A stretch of 64,000 bases of DNA from the human T2T-CHM13v2.0 reference genome, Homo sapiens. The DNA is taken from assembly GCF_009914755.1 (NCBI RefSeq), contig NC_060945.1; one strand, given 5' to 3'. Made by a program: the position numbers and the translations under genes. Below the pieces are notes generated by a model, which was given only the letters and a program-made list of their open reading frames with translations, was not told the origin of the DNA and made no database searches. Positions 46,180 through 60,512 of this stretch are shown here, one piece after another. Each line of letters begins with the position of its first letter. Position 1 is the first letter of the stretch.

Positions 46180-46517
46180 GTAAATACGTATTTTTAACAG
46201 TAAATTAGAAGGCATGTCAGAGGTGTGATGGGGAAAATTTGATGTCAATAAAAGCATATGAAGTTTATCGCCAACAGGGTTGACATTTAAATGTAATTAG
46301 CATGGGACACCTTATTGAGAAGTGACATTTGGGACAAGCAATTGAGGTTTAAAGACATTCCAGGAAACGGGAACAGCCAGTGTAAAGACCCTGAGAAAGA
46401 AACGTGTGCTTTCCAGGCGCAGCAAGGAAGCCAGTGAAGCCAGAACAAAATGAACAAGGGGAAGAATATTAGCATATGAGGCCAGCAGCGTAGCAAAGTT
46501 CAGATCGTGTAGACTGT

Positions 46518-46942
46518 TCATCTGAGTCTACTTTGTGTTGCTATGAATGAATACCTGAGGCTGGGTAATTTACAAAGAAAAAAGATTTGCTTTAGCTCAT
46601 GGATCTACAGACTATAAAAGAAGCATAGTGCCAGCGTTTACTTCTGGTGAAGACTTCAAGAAGCTTTCCACCACAGCAGAAAGCAAGTGTGGAACAGGCA
46701 TGTCACACTGTGAGAGAGGGAGCAAGAGAGAGGTGGTACGGGAGCTGCCACGCTCTTTTTAACAACCAGTTCTTACAGGAATTAATAGAGTGAGAACTCG
46801 CCCATGACTTCAAAGATGGCACCAAGTCATGCATGAGATATCTGCCTCCATGACCCAAACACCTCCCATTAGACCCTGCCCCCAACCGAGAGGATTACAT
46901 TTCAACATGGGATTTGGAGGGGCACACATCCGAACTATATCA
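46518..46942 (-). mobile_element. MSTB-like MaLR solo LTR, next to an L2 fragment (46290-46515)
   Basis: GAATACCTGAGGCTGGGTAATTTA..CCATGACCCAAACACCTCCCA..AACTATATCA. Confidence 0.85.
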
Positions 46943-47963
46943 CAGTCTGAAGAGCTCTTATTAACAACAACAAACCAGAACATTATCCTTAAAGTGCCAA
47001 ACAGAAAACTACTATTCTATATCTATCCAATGTTGAGAAATAATTTTCTTTAAGACTCAAATTGCTGCATATATGCTTACTACCCTTTTAAGAATGTGTA
47101 TAGAGAACAGTCTTGAAAAGATATAGTGTCTTTTTTTCCAATATCTATTTATGTATATGTATGTGTGTGTGAAATATATATATTCATATATACATATATC
47201 TCTATAAGATAATCAAAAGGCAGCCAGTGTCATCATTTTATTGACATAATCTATGTTCAAAATTATAAATTAAAAAATTATTATTATGAATGAATAGGAT
47301 TATATATTAACGATAAAAAGGACAATTCTCTAGGAAGATCTAATAATCATGTTTGTTCTTAAATGAACTTGTTATAAAATAATACATAAATATATTTGAA
47401 TAAAATATATATTTGAATGAAAGTAAAATTTCTACATATTAATATATGTGTGCTACTTAATGCCAATATTAGAAGTCATGATCCTTTGTATATTAATGAA
47501 TTAAGTATTCAAATAATAGTCTTCTATTTAAGTATTATTAGAATGTTTTTCCTAATAATAGTCAATAGTGTTTCTGTATTTAAATAATAGAGGAAAAACA
47601 ACACAGTAAATCCAAATAATGCCAAAAACAGAAATAATGCAATGTGGAATAGAAATTAAGGATTATAAAATAAAATAACAACAGAGATTAATAATAACTT
47701 AAAGGTGGGTTTTTCGGGCAAAACTATTAAGGTAGGTAAACTGATGAACTCATGAGAAAAAGACAGCGGGTTAAATTAGTAGTAAGAAGAATTTAAAAAG
47801 TGATCAAAATGAAATTGAAAAGCAAACTTCTAGAGCTTTCCACCTGGGGCCTGGAAATTAGTGTTCTTTGTATTCTCCCATCTTCTGTTATCTAAAATAC
47901 CACTTACTGCATAGTACGCACTCAACAAATATTTATTGAATAAATAATTTAATCAATGATTAA

Positions 47964-48335
<372 letters not shown>

Positions 48336-48606
48336 TTCATAGATTTAAATTTTATTATTTTTCCCATGCCACATTGAATTACAATGCTAGAAAGAAAGGA
48401 AAATATAAGCAAGAAATAAGCCATGTTAAAGTTGCTAATCTTTTTTTTTCAGTTCCTCATGTTTAATGTTCTCTCCTTTTTTTTTCTTGTTTATGTAGAC
48501 ACCGCAGGCAACTCTCATTTCTGTTCTTATTACCCTTTTTGTTTATCCCAACTTTTCTGGATATATCACTGTGGATATTATGTTCTGCTTTAAAAAATGT
48601 GGAATA

Positions 48607-48992
<386 letters not shown>

Positions 48993-49009
48993 TTATTCCC
49001 TCATTAGAT

Positions 49010-49430
49010 CAAGAGTTTCCAAAGCTGGGCCTCTTTATCACTATAATAAACAACACCTGGGGATTTGTTGAAAATGCAAATTCCTAATCTTATCCCAGTC
49101 CTACTGATTCAAAAACTCTGAGGTGGATCCCATAAATCCTTTTTTATCAAGACTGCAAATAATTTTGATGCATCCTTAAGTGTTAGAATTACTGTGACAG
49201 TTCTTTATGATAGAAACAATGGTAGCAATGAAAATCATAAGCTTCTGCATCAGATGGGCATGAGTTTGAGCTCATATCTAAAGGGTAGATAGTAGTTCTG
49301 TAACATTAAGGAGCTGATGTAACCTCAGCAAGCCTCATTGTCTCATCTGCAGAATGGGCATGGCAATGCAAAACACAAAGAGCTGTTGTGAGGGATCAAG
49401 ATAATGTCAGTAAATTGCATGGTTGAATGC
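49010..49430. mobile_element. MER5 fragment followed by MIR fragment
   Basis: CACCTGGGGATTTGTTGAAAATGCAAATTCC..CCTACTGA; AAGCCTCA..CTCATCTG..AATGGG..GTTGTGAGG. Confidence 0.65.
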
Positions 49431-50317
49431 ACTGTAGTTATTTATCTAACAAGCACTTACTGAGCACAAACTATTCACCAAATGGCTGATTGGTGATTGG
49501 GTTTAGAAAGGTAGAATTTCAATTCCCAAGTTATCTAGGTTTGACAATATTGGGACAGAATGATGGGATCCACCATTGGGGAGCATTAACTCATTCTGAG
49601 TCCAGAGGAGGTCCTGTCTCTGAGTGCTGTCTCAGTGCAGAGGGAGAGGAAGGAGTAGGCAGATAGCAGGAAGCAGAGCTCTGAGTAATATCGCGCTGCT
49701 CTGGAACATCTGTTTCTCCTCACCTGTGTAGAACAGTAGCAAAGAAAAGGAAAAGAAGAAAGAAGTAGAGTATTGATTGTTGAAGCCACTAATCCATGTC
49801 CTAACAAGGGAGTGGCATAAGATGTCTCTGAAAGTGACAAAGACCTCAAACCCCAGAAACCTTGGAAGCACTGGTCACAAGATCAGCAAAGAGAATTTTC
49901 TTACTGGAGGCCTCTAGACCTGTTCTTCCCTCTATGCATATGAGCACATGCACGTGCACACACAGACACACACACACACAATAAAGGAGAGAAAGCACAA
50001 CAGGCTACCTAGTTGCTCTATATTTAAAAAATTACTATCTTTAATTTTTTAATGAAATGTTTTAAATTTAAATTAAAGATAATATCTGTCTCAGGACAGT
50101 ATAGTAAGTCTGTTGTTCCTGGATTTGGCTCTTTGTTGGTGAAAATAAATCTTGTATTCCAGCCTCAAATTTGTACTCCAATGAATGGGATTTTTTCCAC
50201 TACCCATTTCCTTTGTACTAGTGTTTTGCCCTTGTGCCCAGGTACCCTAACTTCTAAGCAGATCGTATTTGCCTTGCTTCTTTCTTAGAATATGAGTTTT
50301 CTGCCTTATGCTCTAGT

Positions 50318-50505
50318 CCAGTGGTTTGCAACTGGGACTAATTTTCCCCCCGGAGGATATTTGGCAAAGTTGGGTGTTATTATTGTTGCCAGAACTCAAG
50401 GATACTAATGGCTTCTACTGAGTAGAGTCCAGAAATGCTTCTAAACATCTTACAATGCAGAGCACAACCCTCTACAACAAAGCATTACGGTTGAGAAACC
50501 CTTCC
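50318..50505 (+). mobile_element. MER20
   Basis: CAGTGGTT..AACTGGG..ATTTGGCAA..CTAAACATC.TACAATGCA..GGTTGAGAAACCCT. Confidence 0.8.
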
Positions 50506-51374
50506 CTAGTTCTGTGATGTGTGGTTTTCCTGTCCTCAAACTCCTCTCCTGTTATGCTACTGACAGCTACACTAGGCTTCCTGGAAGCTTCCTGCAGGTC
50601 TACTGTAATGTTGGCATGTACTTTTCTGTCACTTTGACTCCCAATGGGTGAGCATATTTGACTTGGTTGGCAATGTTATGAAGCTACATTCTGATGTTCT
50701 CTCTTTCTCTCTCTAATCTTCATGACCTGCTGTCCTGGATTAGCATCAAATCTCTGGGCTCAGATCCCCACATGTAGACCCAAGACCCAACTTATTCATC
50801 TAGATTCAGGCTTTATTCACATCTGTGAGTTCCCTTGGTTAGCCCACTAACCTTAAACTAAATGCATCCCAAGCTTGATGTTATGAAATATGATGCATTG
50901 GCCTCAGAAAATTGTTAGACCTTTTAGTGAAGATCAGATATAATGATACTAGAAAAGAAAATGATACCCTCTAGTCTTTATTAGCATATGTAGTCCTTCC
51001 AAACAAGACATATCACTTCTAGGTGCTTTGCAACTGTCCAGTTGTTTTGTACAATATTCTACACAATTTGTTTACTATGGTCTCAAACCAATTGACTTGA
51101 AGACACCAGTAGGCATACTATGACTATCCTGACTTCATTAATTCATATTTGAATCAGATAGAACATTTATACTGAATTAATAACACCAAAATCTCAGTGA
51201 TTTAGAACAACAAAGGTATCCTTGCTCCTTGCAAAGATGCCATTGTGCTTTACAAAATGCTCAAATTCCCATGCTGAAGGAGGCATCAACCCATGCATTA
51301 GTAATTTACAGGACAGAAAAGGGGACATACCAAGTCATGAACTTACTTTTAATGCTATCAATCTTGAAGTGACA

Positions 51375-51670
51375 TCATGTGTGAGTTTACAAGGCCAACA
51401 CCAAAGTTCAGTCATTGCTAGGAGAACTCACAGGACTCAGCATATACTCACATGTGAGTCACAGGACTCACATGGGCATGATTTATTACAATAAAAAGAT
51501 ACAAAGCAAAATCAACAAAGGAAAAAGTGCATGGGTCAAAACCCAGAGGAAAACTATGCACAAACTTCCACAAGTCCTCTCCCAGGACAGTCACACAGGA
51601 TGTGCTTAATTTCTTAATCAATAAGTTTGTGATAGGCATGAATTATTTTCTACTAAAAAAACTCCTAGCA
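51375..51670. mobile_element. MER21-like LTR fragment
   Basis: TTGCTAGGAGAACTCACAGGACTCAGCATATA..GATTTATTACA..GATACAAAGCAAAATCA.CAAAGG. Confidence 0.7.
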
Positions 51671-52029
51671 GGGTGGAAAACAACTCTTTCTTATGTCTAA
51701 GTTCTGAACCAGAAATAGTTGGTGAAAAACACTATGATATTGGTTATTATTTTACTGTGGAGTAAAACAAAATTAAATAGACATAATTAAATTTGATCTT
51801 ACATAGTAAGTAAATATGCATAGTTATGTTTTCACAATTTAGACAAAAAAGGCCTATAATCCTTACATTTTTCACATTATCTCCTAAGATAATTTTTTGA
51901 GGTTTTTTTGTTTTGATTTTTCTGCAATGTCTACCTCTCAAGATTTCAGCCGGAATTAAATTATCTATGGAAATGGTAATTTTTTCTACCCATCAATATT
52001 ATTTTCCTTGAGAAGTCAGAGATAAATGC

Positions 52030-52720
52030 CATCTGGACATAGCATTTTATCATTAGATGTTTTACTTTCTTGATCATCTGTTCTGCCAAGATACAGTTTT
52101 TCTTCAGTGTTTATTTTTCCTACCTGAGAACTGTTTATTGCTGGCATTTGTTCCTCTTCCTTTCTCTGTTAACACAGAAGCAAGAAGAGCTTTGGATGTT
52201 TTGGCAATGTGTCCATCTGCCATGTATCCATCACCGTTGCCATATTTTGTAGCTAGGATCTCTGCAAAGCAGTGAGGCACAGAGCAATACACTGACTGGA
52301 GCTGGGTTCAAACCAAAAAGTCCTGCTCTGTATTGGGGAAAATGGTGCAGTGATTGACATCTGGACCTGCTTTGACAGGCTCTTCTCTGCAAATGAAAGT
52401 CTTAGAATGGACAAATTTGCTGCTGACATGTGCACTCCAGTTCACCTTTAAGTATGGTGAGACTTGACATTGCTTGAGCTTTCTTGTTCAGGCTCAGTCT
52501 TGGTTTCCATTTTTACATATGCAGGGCTTATCATGTTTAGATTTTCACTTCATTGCACACTTGCCTCATTTCAGATATCTTTCTTCCTGCCTCTTGTAAA
52601 AATGTTGAAATTCTCATTTGTGCTGTTAACATTTTCTCATTTGGAAATTTGTCACTTCCAGTCCAGCATTTTCCTACCATTACATAAAGAGATGGTGATC
52701 ACTGGCTTTGTGATTTCTTT
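52030..52720 (-). pseudogene. Putative decayed tandem kringle-domain coding remnant
   Basis: One frame reads KAGPDV-NHC(52355-52347)-x19-YCSVPHC(52289-52269)-FAEILATKY-GNGDGY(52241-52224)-MADGHIAKTSK, i.e. a kringle C-half followed by a kringle N-half. Weaker motifs: NGRKMLDW (52681-52658) and LKKNC (52107-52093). Contains stops and frameshifts; the CRNPD/PWC core is degraded. Confidence 0.5.
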
Positions 52721-54091
52721 AATATAATTTATTGTATCATACTTTTCCTTTTGTCTTGTGTCTTTCTTCCAACATTATTTGGTTTCCCATTTCTCATCAG
52801 AGCAAAACACGATTCTTTTAATTTTTAGCTCCTTTTAAAAAGATGCATTTAAACTAATTTGTGAGAAATTTGAAAATGATTCACAATATAAAATACATTA
52901 ATTCTGATTTATAAAATAATCTAGTGTTTGTTCATTGCTGTGTATCCAAATCAATTTTTGTATATTTATGCACACACATATATGTGTGCAAGTTTGTGTG
53001 TGCATGCACATATATCTTGTATATTTGTGTATTTCTATATCTGTTTTGCCCCTTCATTAGAAAGTGTTCATTGTAAACAAAGCCCCCATCACAGCTCATT
53101 CTACTCTGACCTTCATGACTTAGTTAAAACACTGAATGTTGAAGGAAACCGTGCCCCCAACTCGACTGCCTGCAAACTGGATTACTTCTGTTGTTGCAAG
53201 AACTCATGAAAATGTCCTTCCTCAAGTAAGTCTTTTTGAACTGATTTGTAAAGAGCTTACTGCCTCACTACATAATTCTGAGTTTGAGTATAAAACTTGC
53301 ATACAATATTTTCTTGATTTCTGTTTGCAAAAATTGATTTAGCCATGCAGTATAAGCTTAATCAGCTCTTACGCTGGACCTATACTCAGGGTAAATACAC
53401 CAATACTTATTTCACTGTAATGATAACTGCTTAATCAAATATTTACTTATTGTGCAAATTGTTTCACATCTGAGTTTTATGCTTTTAAATGAGGTTTTGA
53501 AGATTCTCCAAGAAAACTGGCAATGCAGTTTTTATCTGGAGTTGCCAAGGGTGTTACTAAGGAAATAAGAAGTTAGCTAAGAGACCCTTTCAAAATGAAA
53601 AGCAATTTTAAATCAAATACGCTAAGTATAAAAAAGTTGCTTCTTGGGAAGAAAAAAATGAGCAAAGTTTCAAAGATAGCATGAAGCAGGAAAACCTTTT
53701 AAAACGAAAGAAATTAAGTTAGTAAGACCCTATGTTCCAAAGTAGTGGGGTATTTTTTTTATCTTCCCTCATGAAGAGAAAAAGCAGAGAAATATTAGAA
53801 CAAGAGAATTGAAAGAAAATGTCAAGTCTCTTTCCTATCTCCTTAATTAGTTTTTCTTGCTACCTGGACTCGTAAACATTTGGTAAGGTAGAAAAAAGAC
53901 AATTTTAATGAAGCAGAACAACATCCAGAGAGCGGACTCTGACACTGAGCACACCAAGCAAAATCAAAAAGTTAGGAAGATAATTGAGTCTAGTATTTTA
54001 ACCTAAAAATGAGGACTTTAAAACTAAACGATAAGAGAGAGAACAATTTTTTAAGAAGAAATATCTCAACATTTCTTTTTGAAACTTTGAT

Positions 54092-54390
<299 letters not shown>

Positions 54391-56136
54391 GTGAAACTTT
54401 AATTTTAAAGGCTTGTTTGGCTAAAGATAAAATTTACCTGTTTAAAATTAGGGTTTTTTAAAATATATATATATATATGTATATACATATACATACACAT
54501 ATACGTATACATATAGTTATAATTTATTAACTCAAGCCAAGAAGAAACCTCGGGAAGCCAGTGAAGAAAAATTGTTTTTCATACTGTGTGGTCATGTCAA
54601 ACAAGACAATGGAGGGAGAGAAGGAGGAGAATGTCAGGAATTGAATATATAGAACTTGTCATGAAGTGATGGCACTTATGTCACTAAAATAGAGTCATGG
54701 CTAAGTAAGAAAATATAGCTGAAGAAAGTGTCATTTATTTATTTTTTATTTAGAAAATTATATATATATGTCAACATCACTGCATTTTGATTAATGATAA
54801 TTAAAGTGTTATATTATTTTTAGACATTGTATAAAAGACATTTACTGGACAGTGTCTTAATAAATCCTCACAACAACCTTATGAAGCATTTATTTTTATT
54901 TTTACTCATTTTTATTTTTATTTTGCCACTTTACAGATGAGGTGATCAGGCTTAGAGAGTTTAAATAACTTGCTCAAAATCACATGGTCAATTAAAGCAA
55001 CTTTTCAAAACCAAGGAGCCTGAATCTACTAATTTACCCATTATGTTCTTCTACATTTTGGTTTGACATGTGAGCTCCTGTAGGGAAGAAAAATAACAGC
55101 AATATTAATACAAGATAATTAAGCTAAAAAATGTATTTTTGGATCAAAGATAGCATATACAATAGAGTGGTAACTTAAATTTTTCAAAAAGAAAACTTTA
55201 TGCTTTACTAAGAAAATTTAAGAGGAATTCTGTGGATTTCCACTACACGCCTACTTACGTGCCAGCATCTATACTCACACATTCTATTGATAAAACTACC
55301 CATGCTTCAGTATAAAACCACTTCCTCTGTTAGACACCAGGTAGTATTCTATTTCTCAAGGTTACCGTACTAGTAATTTTTCATTTTCTCTTTTGCATCC
55401 TCATTTTTCTTCTCTATTAGAACATTCTCACAATCATAAAATATACTATTTTTCTGTCTCACCATTTAAAAGCAAAACAAAACAAAACAAAACAAAACAA
55501 ACAGCTATCTTCACCCCACCACCTATCCAGCTATTTCCTCAACTCTCTTTCTTCCCTTTGCAACGATATGCCTAGACAAAGTTGTCTATCATAGCTTTTA
55601 TTCCTCTATTTCAAACCTCCCTTCTATACCCCCCAAACAGGTGTTTCCTTTCACCATTATGACCAAAAATATTCTCAAAAAGCCACAATGACTTCCTCAA
55701 AAATCAAACCACTATTTGCAATCATATTGCATTGCTATCAAAATACATAACACCTACTAAATCGTGATATTCAACATAAACTATCTAAGCTCAAATTGTT
55801 TTCCAAACAGCTGACTCCCTGTTAACTCAACATCAACTTACCCCTTCATCAGGGGTGAGGTGTCTTGTTCACGGTGCCTAGAACATGGCCTGATACATAG
55901 TACGTGCTCAAAAAATATTTACTGAATATATGCATGAATGAATACATGTGCAATTAAATGAATGAATAATACATGAGCAAATGTGTGACCTAAAGTAGCC
56001 CAGTGGATTGTCATTTTAAAAATGTACTGGCAAACCTATGTCAAGCCACAAAATGATTTAATATGTCACAACTCATTTAACCTCTGGTTATGTTCTACGG
56101 AAGTCAGTACTGAAGGAAAGATTATTAATGAGATCA

Positions 56137-56238
56137 ATAAACAGTGTTTCTGTGGGGTAGGTGTCCATTCATAAATTTTGTATTTCCATAAACAGTGTTT
56201 CCGTGGGGTAGATATTCAATCATAATTTTTATATTTCA
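56137..56238. repeat. 51-bp tandem duplication, diverged
   Basis: ATAAACAGTGTTTC(T/C)GTGGGGTAG... at 56137 and 56188. Confidence 0.9.
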
Positions 56239-56498
56239 CGTGCCTTTCACGGTGCTTGTTAAAGCTCAATAATGTTTGCGAAGTGACAAAATGAATAAAT
56301 ACCATTTCAATACTGCAATGAAAATAAAGATACAAGTACATGTAATAACTTTGAAAGTGTTTACTCCTGTAACACACTTGTTTTCCTGTGCAACACCGTT
56401 ATATTTCAGCTCCAGGTGTACAGTGAATCGGTGTAGAAATCTACTCTCTAAAAGAGATGCAATACATGCCTAGGAAACTAAAGTGCATTTTTTCTATA

Positions 56499-57264
56499 CG
56501 GTAGTCCCCCTTATTCCTGGTTTTGCTTTCCAAGGTTTCAGCTAGCTGCAGTCAACGGCACCCCAAAAATATTAATGGAAAATTCCAGAAATAGAAAATT
56601 CCTAAGTTTTAAATTGGGTGCTGTTCTGAGTAGTGAGATAAAATCTAGTGTTGCCCTGCTCCACCCCATTCGGGATATTAATCATCTCTTTGTCCAGCAG
56701 ATCCAAGCTGTCTATGCTACTGGCTCATTAGTCACTTAGGAGCCATCTCCATTATTAGATTGACTGTCACACGTTCTGTAGTGAGTGTGTTCGCGTCCCT
56801 TATTTTATGTAATAATGACCCAAAGCACAGAAGTAGTGATTCTGGCAATTCAGAGATGCCAAATAGAAGCCATAAAGTGCTTCCTTTATGTGAAGGTTCT
56901 TGACTTAATAAGGAAAGACAAAAATGTCTATTGAGGTTGCTGAGATCCATAGTAAGAATGGATCTTCTATTTGTGAAATTGTAAAGAAGGGAAAATACGT
57001 GTGCTACATTTTCTGTTGTATCTTCAAACTGCAAAAAATCCAACCATAGTGTGTGATTACTTTAATTACTGTGTATTGTCATGATTTTTCTATTTTAATC
57101 TTAGTTATTATTTTTAATCTCTTACTGTGCCTAATTAATTAAACTTTGTCATAGCTGATGTATGTATAGGAAAAAACAGTATATGTAGGATTGGTACTAT
57201 TCTCAGTTTTAAGCATACACAGGTGGTCTTTTGAAAGTATACCTCTCCTGTAAAAGGGAACTAC
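56499..57264 (+). mobile_element. MER44 (Tigger7-derived) element
   Basis: GTAGTCCCCCTTAT..GGTTTTGCTTTCC..GGAAAATTCCAGAAATA..GATGCCAAA.AGAAGCCATAAAGTGCTTCCTTTA. Confidence 0.85.
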
Positions 57265-60200
57265 AAACGTGCAACGTTCCTCTTAGAGAAAAATGAACTT
57301 TCCGGGGAATAATGTACGGACACAGACACAATTTAGGAAGCAGCTAAAATCAAACTGCATGCAGTTTACATGGTAAAGAAAGATTGCTGATGGGATTGGG
57401 AGTCTCACACCTTTAGGCCAACTGTGTTTAATTAAACTGATGTTCTTGGCAAGAGAAAGGAATATTAGTAAGAAACCCATTGGGAGGTGTAGTGGCTGCA
57501 GTGCCCCAGGAATTCACTAATAAATAGTACACATGCACTGACAAGATAAGGACAAATGAGAGTGGCTCTGACAACCTAATTATGTATTTTTGTAGACTGG
57601 GCATTGCAGAGTTCAGCAGTTCAGAGGAATGTGTGGTAGAACATATTGTGAACACAGAGGCATGATAGGGCCAAGCCTGAACGATGTGGAGCACAGAAGG
57701 CCCTGGAATACCAGGCCCCACAACCAATGCTGAGCTCATCACCCAAGAAAGCAATAAATTAATCATGTCCAAAGTACACTGTGTTTCTGTTTTTATGTGT
57801 GAAAATGAGAAACTTGGGAATAAAAGTAAATTTTTTGACGTACTGATCTCCTGAAAGCAATTCTTTTTGACATTTTAAAGGTCCTTATTTTCAGAAGCTA
57901 TTCTGTTTGAAATCTGAGATTCTAAGACGTCAAAGGTATACTTTTAATAGTTTCACTTGCTATTATACTGTTACTTAATTGAAAAAATCTGTTGTTATTT
58001 AATATCTTTCACATTCTTGTTTTCTCTGTAGCTTTTAAACGTAAAACTTTTTTCCTGGATCATGCAAGTTTAAAATTCAAATATCATTACTTATATTCAA
58101 GGCATTATTAAAATGAAACATATATTTAAATATTTCATGCAAAACTGAAAACTTTGTAAAGTTTTTTCCTTAAAATGTGTTTCATCATATATATTTATCA
58201 TGTTATAGTAGTTTAAAATGGATGAGGTTTGTTTCCCCAGTTTTACCTTTTATTTTTCCAAAAAAGGTTAATGTGCTATTATAAAAATAAAACAATTTTT
58301 GGCTTTGTCTGCCATGAGTAATAGGACCTGCTGAATTAAATTTTATCTTTGCCCCAGGCACATTGTGAATTTAAAGTCTTTGCAATTTCTCATTTTTCTT
58401 TTCAAGTCAGAAATGGGCTTGAAGTTTCATAAGAATTTCAAACTCAGATGAAAACTGTCACACCAGCACCTGCAGCAGCTTTATGCACCATGAAGGATTA
58501 ATCTTGTGAAATAATCTTACAAGTAACTTTTACCTGTCTGATATTTAAGACCTCACTATTTAAGAAGATACACAAAAAATCTAAATGCAGTTTCCTTAAC
58601 ATTACTATCCATTATAGATAGAAATCCTGTAACAAGTTGAGTCATTATCTGAGAGGAATCATAGTATATCTATCTATTTAGTATATTAATTTTAGAAAAG
58701 CTTTTATTGTAAATATTTTAAGAGTTGTTTTTTGAGAATTGTAGCTAAGCCATTTAAAATAGAAATATTTAACATGTAAATGTTACCATTAGATTATCGT
58801 TCTATATAGAATGTTTTTAAGAACTGAGATTTTGAAAACCTTAGAGATATATAAGTTGATAATACAGAAGTGGGTCAATGATATGTATACAAAGTAATAA
58901 ATATAGATTTAAGCAAAGAAAATGTATTGGTTAACAGGAATATCATAGCACCAGTAATTAAAAATATAGAGAGTAACAATGGATAATCATTTATCTATCT
59001 ACTTATGTGTTCCTCCCTTTTCCCACAAAATTTAGAAAAATTTTACAGATTATTCTAGTAAAGATATAATAAAAATAATGCACTGCAAGAAAACAGATAG
59101 GCTTTTTAAAATAAATAAATTTGCTATTATGTCAAGTGCATAAAAGTAAGAGATATTGTAGTTTCTCTAAGAATATAATTTTGCTAAAATAAAATAAGCA
59201 GGCACAAACAAATATATGAGCAAAAACCAGAAGTTTTATTAGGAGTAGAAACATTAAATGGTCACAATAGTTAGTGAATTGTAGAAATATGAATTTTTTG
59301 CCTTGTTTTCTATCTTCTGTATGGTTTTTTAAATACTAAAAATGACAATTTTTAACATATATTGAAATATAGAAAAAGTCTGCGATACGATATTGACTAA
59401 AAACTATGGTATAATGTTAAGCTTCTAAAAATATCTAAAATAGATAAAAATATTGTAAATAACATAAAGATTATAAAGCCAAAAATAAATTAATTTTATT
59501 CTTGCTAGAAGTCACCTACCAAACAAAAAATTACCATTGATGAATATGTAACTTCCATACCTTAAGATTTTGTATCCTGAATAAAAATTTGGTGGCATAG
59601 TTACATTTTTTTTTTTAATTTACTCATTAGAATCCTCTTGTATTTGTAGTTTTTTTTTTTGTACCAGAGCTATTTGTCCAAATAAGAACTCTTTGGTTAT
59701 TATATGATTCCATTAGTTATGTGCCTTTTTTGTGAAACATGTAATAAAAACTTGTTCTTGCTACAATTTCTCCTGTTTAGTAACATTTCTTTAGAAAAAG
59801 CAAATAATTTATATGTAATTAATAAACTACTGCGTTCAATAATATTAATTTACTAATATTTGCGATGGACTCCAGCCTAAAACTGTATGTTATTTGTTTT
59901 TTCATAAAATTTGAATAGACTTATTATCAATTTAAACCCAAAGTCATTTAATGTTTTAAAAAGAAAAGCAAACTTTTTTGTGCATTTGCTATGTGCTAGG
60001 GACTTTGCAACCATTCTCTTATTTAATTCTAATTTAATAGCCCCCTGAGATGCAACTATCATTTACCCCATTTTCTTATAAACACTATCTCAGAGAAGTG
60101 CAACAATGTGCCCAAGAGAGGACAAGATGTGCTTGAAAGATGTGAAGCTCAATTTCAAATCGGTCTGAACCTGAATTAAGAGATTTAATCACTATACTCT

Positions 60201-60512
60201 ATAATGGGTACTAACCACACCCCCTTGCCCTTTATCCTTGTTAGTTTACTGCAGTACTTTATACAAACCTTTCTTCTTGTTTCTTCTTGGTGTTTTTATG
60301 ATGCAGTTAATCCGTTCCCTCATTCAATAAATACCACACTTATACAGTACCTAAAGAAAGCATTCTTTCCTTTCCTTCTCCATGTAATAGTCACCTTGAA
60401 CCTGAATTTATGCAAATAACTGCATATCTAATTAAAAACCAGAATTTTTCCTTTCACCCGGCTCAAGATTAATTGATTCTGATTTGAAAGACTGCAGTAT
60501 GGCAAATGTTTG

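Noticed and set aside
57595-57775. Plus-strand EHRG...PWNTRPH kringle-like echo after a TTTTGTAG acceptor, with AATAAA; similar KQSPHHSSF at ~53075
   Set aside because: Opposite strand to the 52-kb candidate and lacks the Cys framework. It shows that short kringle-like matches arise by chance, which is why the 52-kb call is held at moderate confidence.
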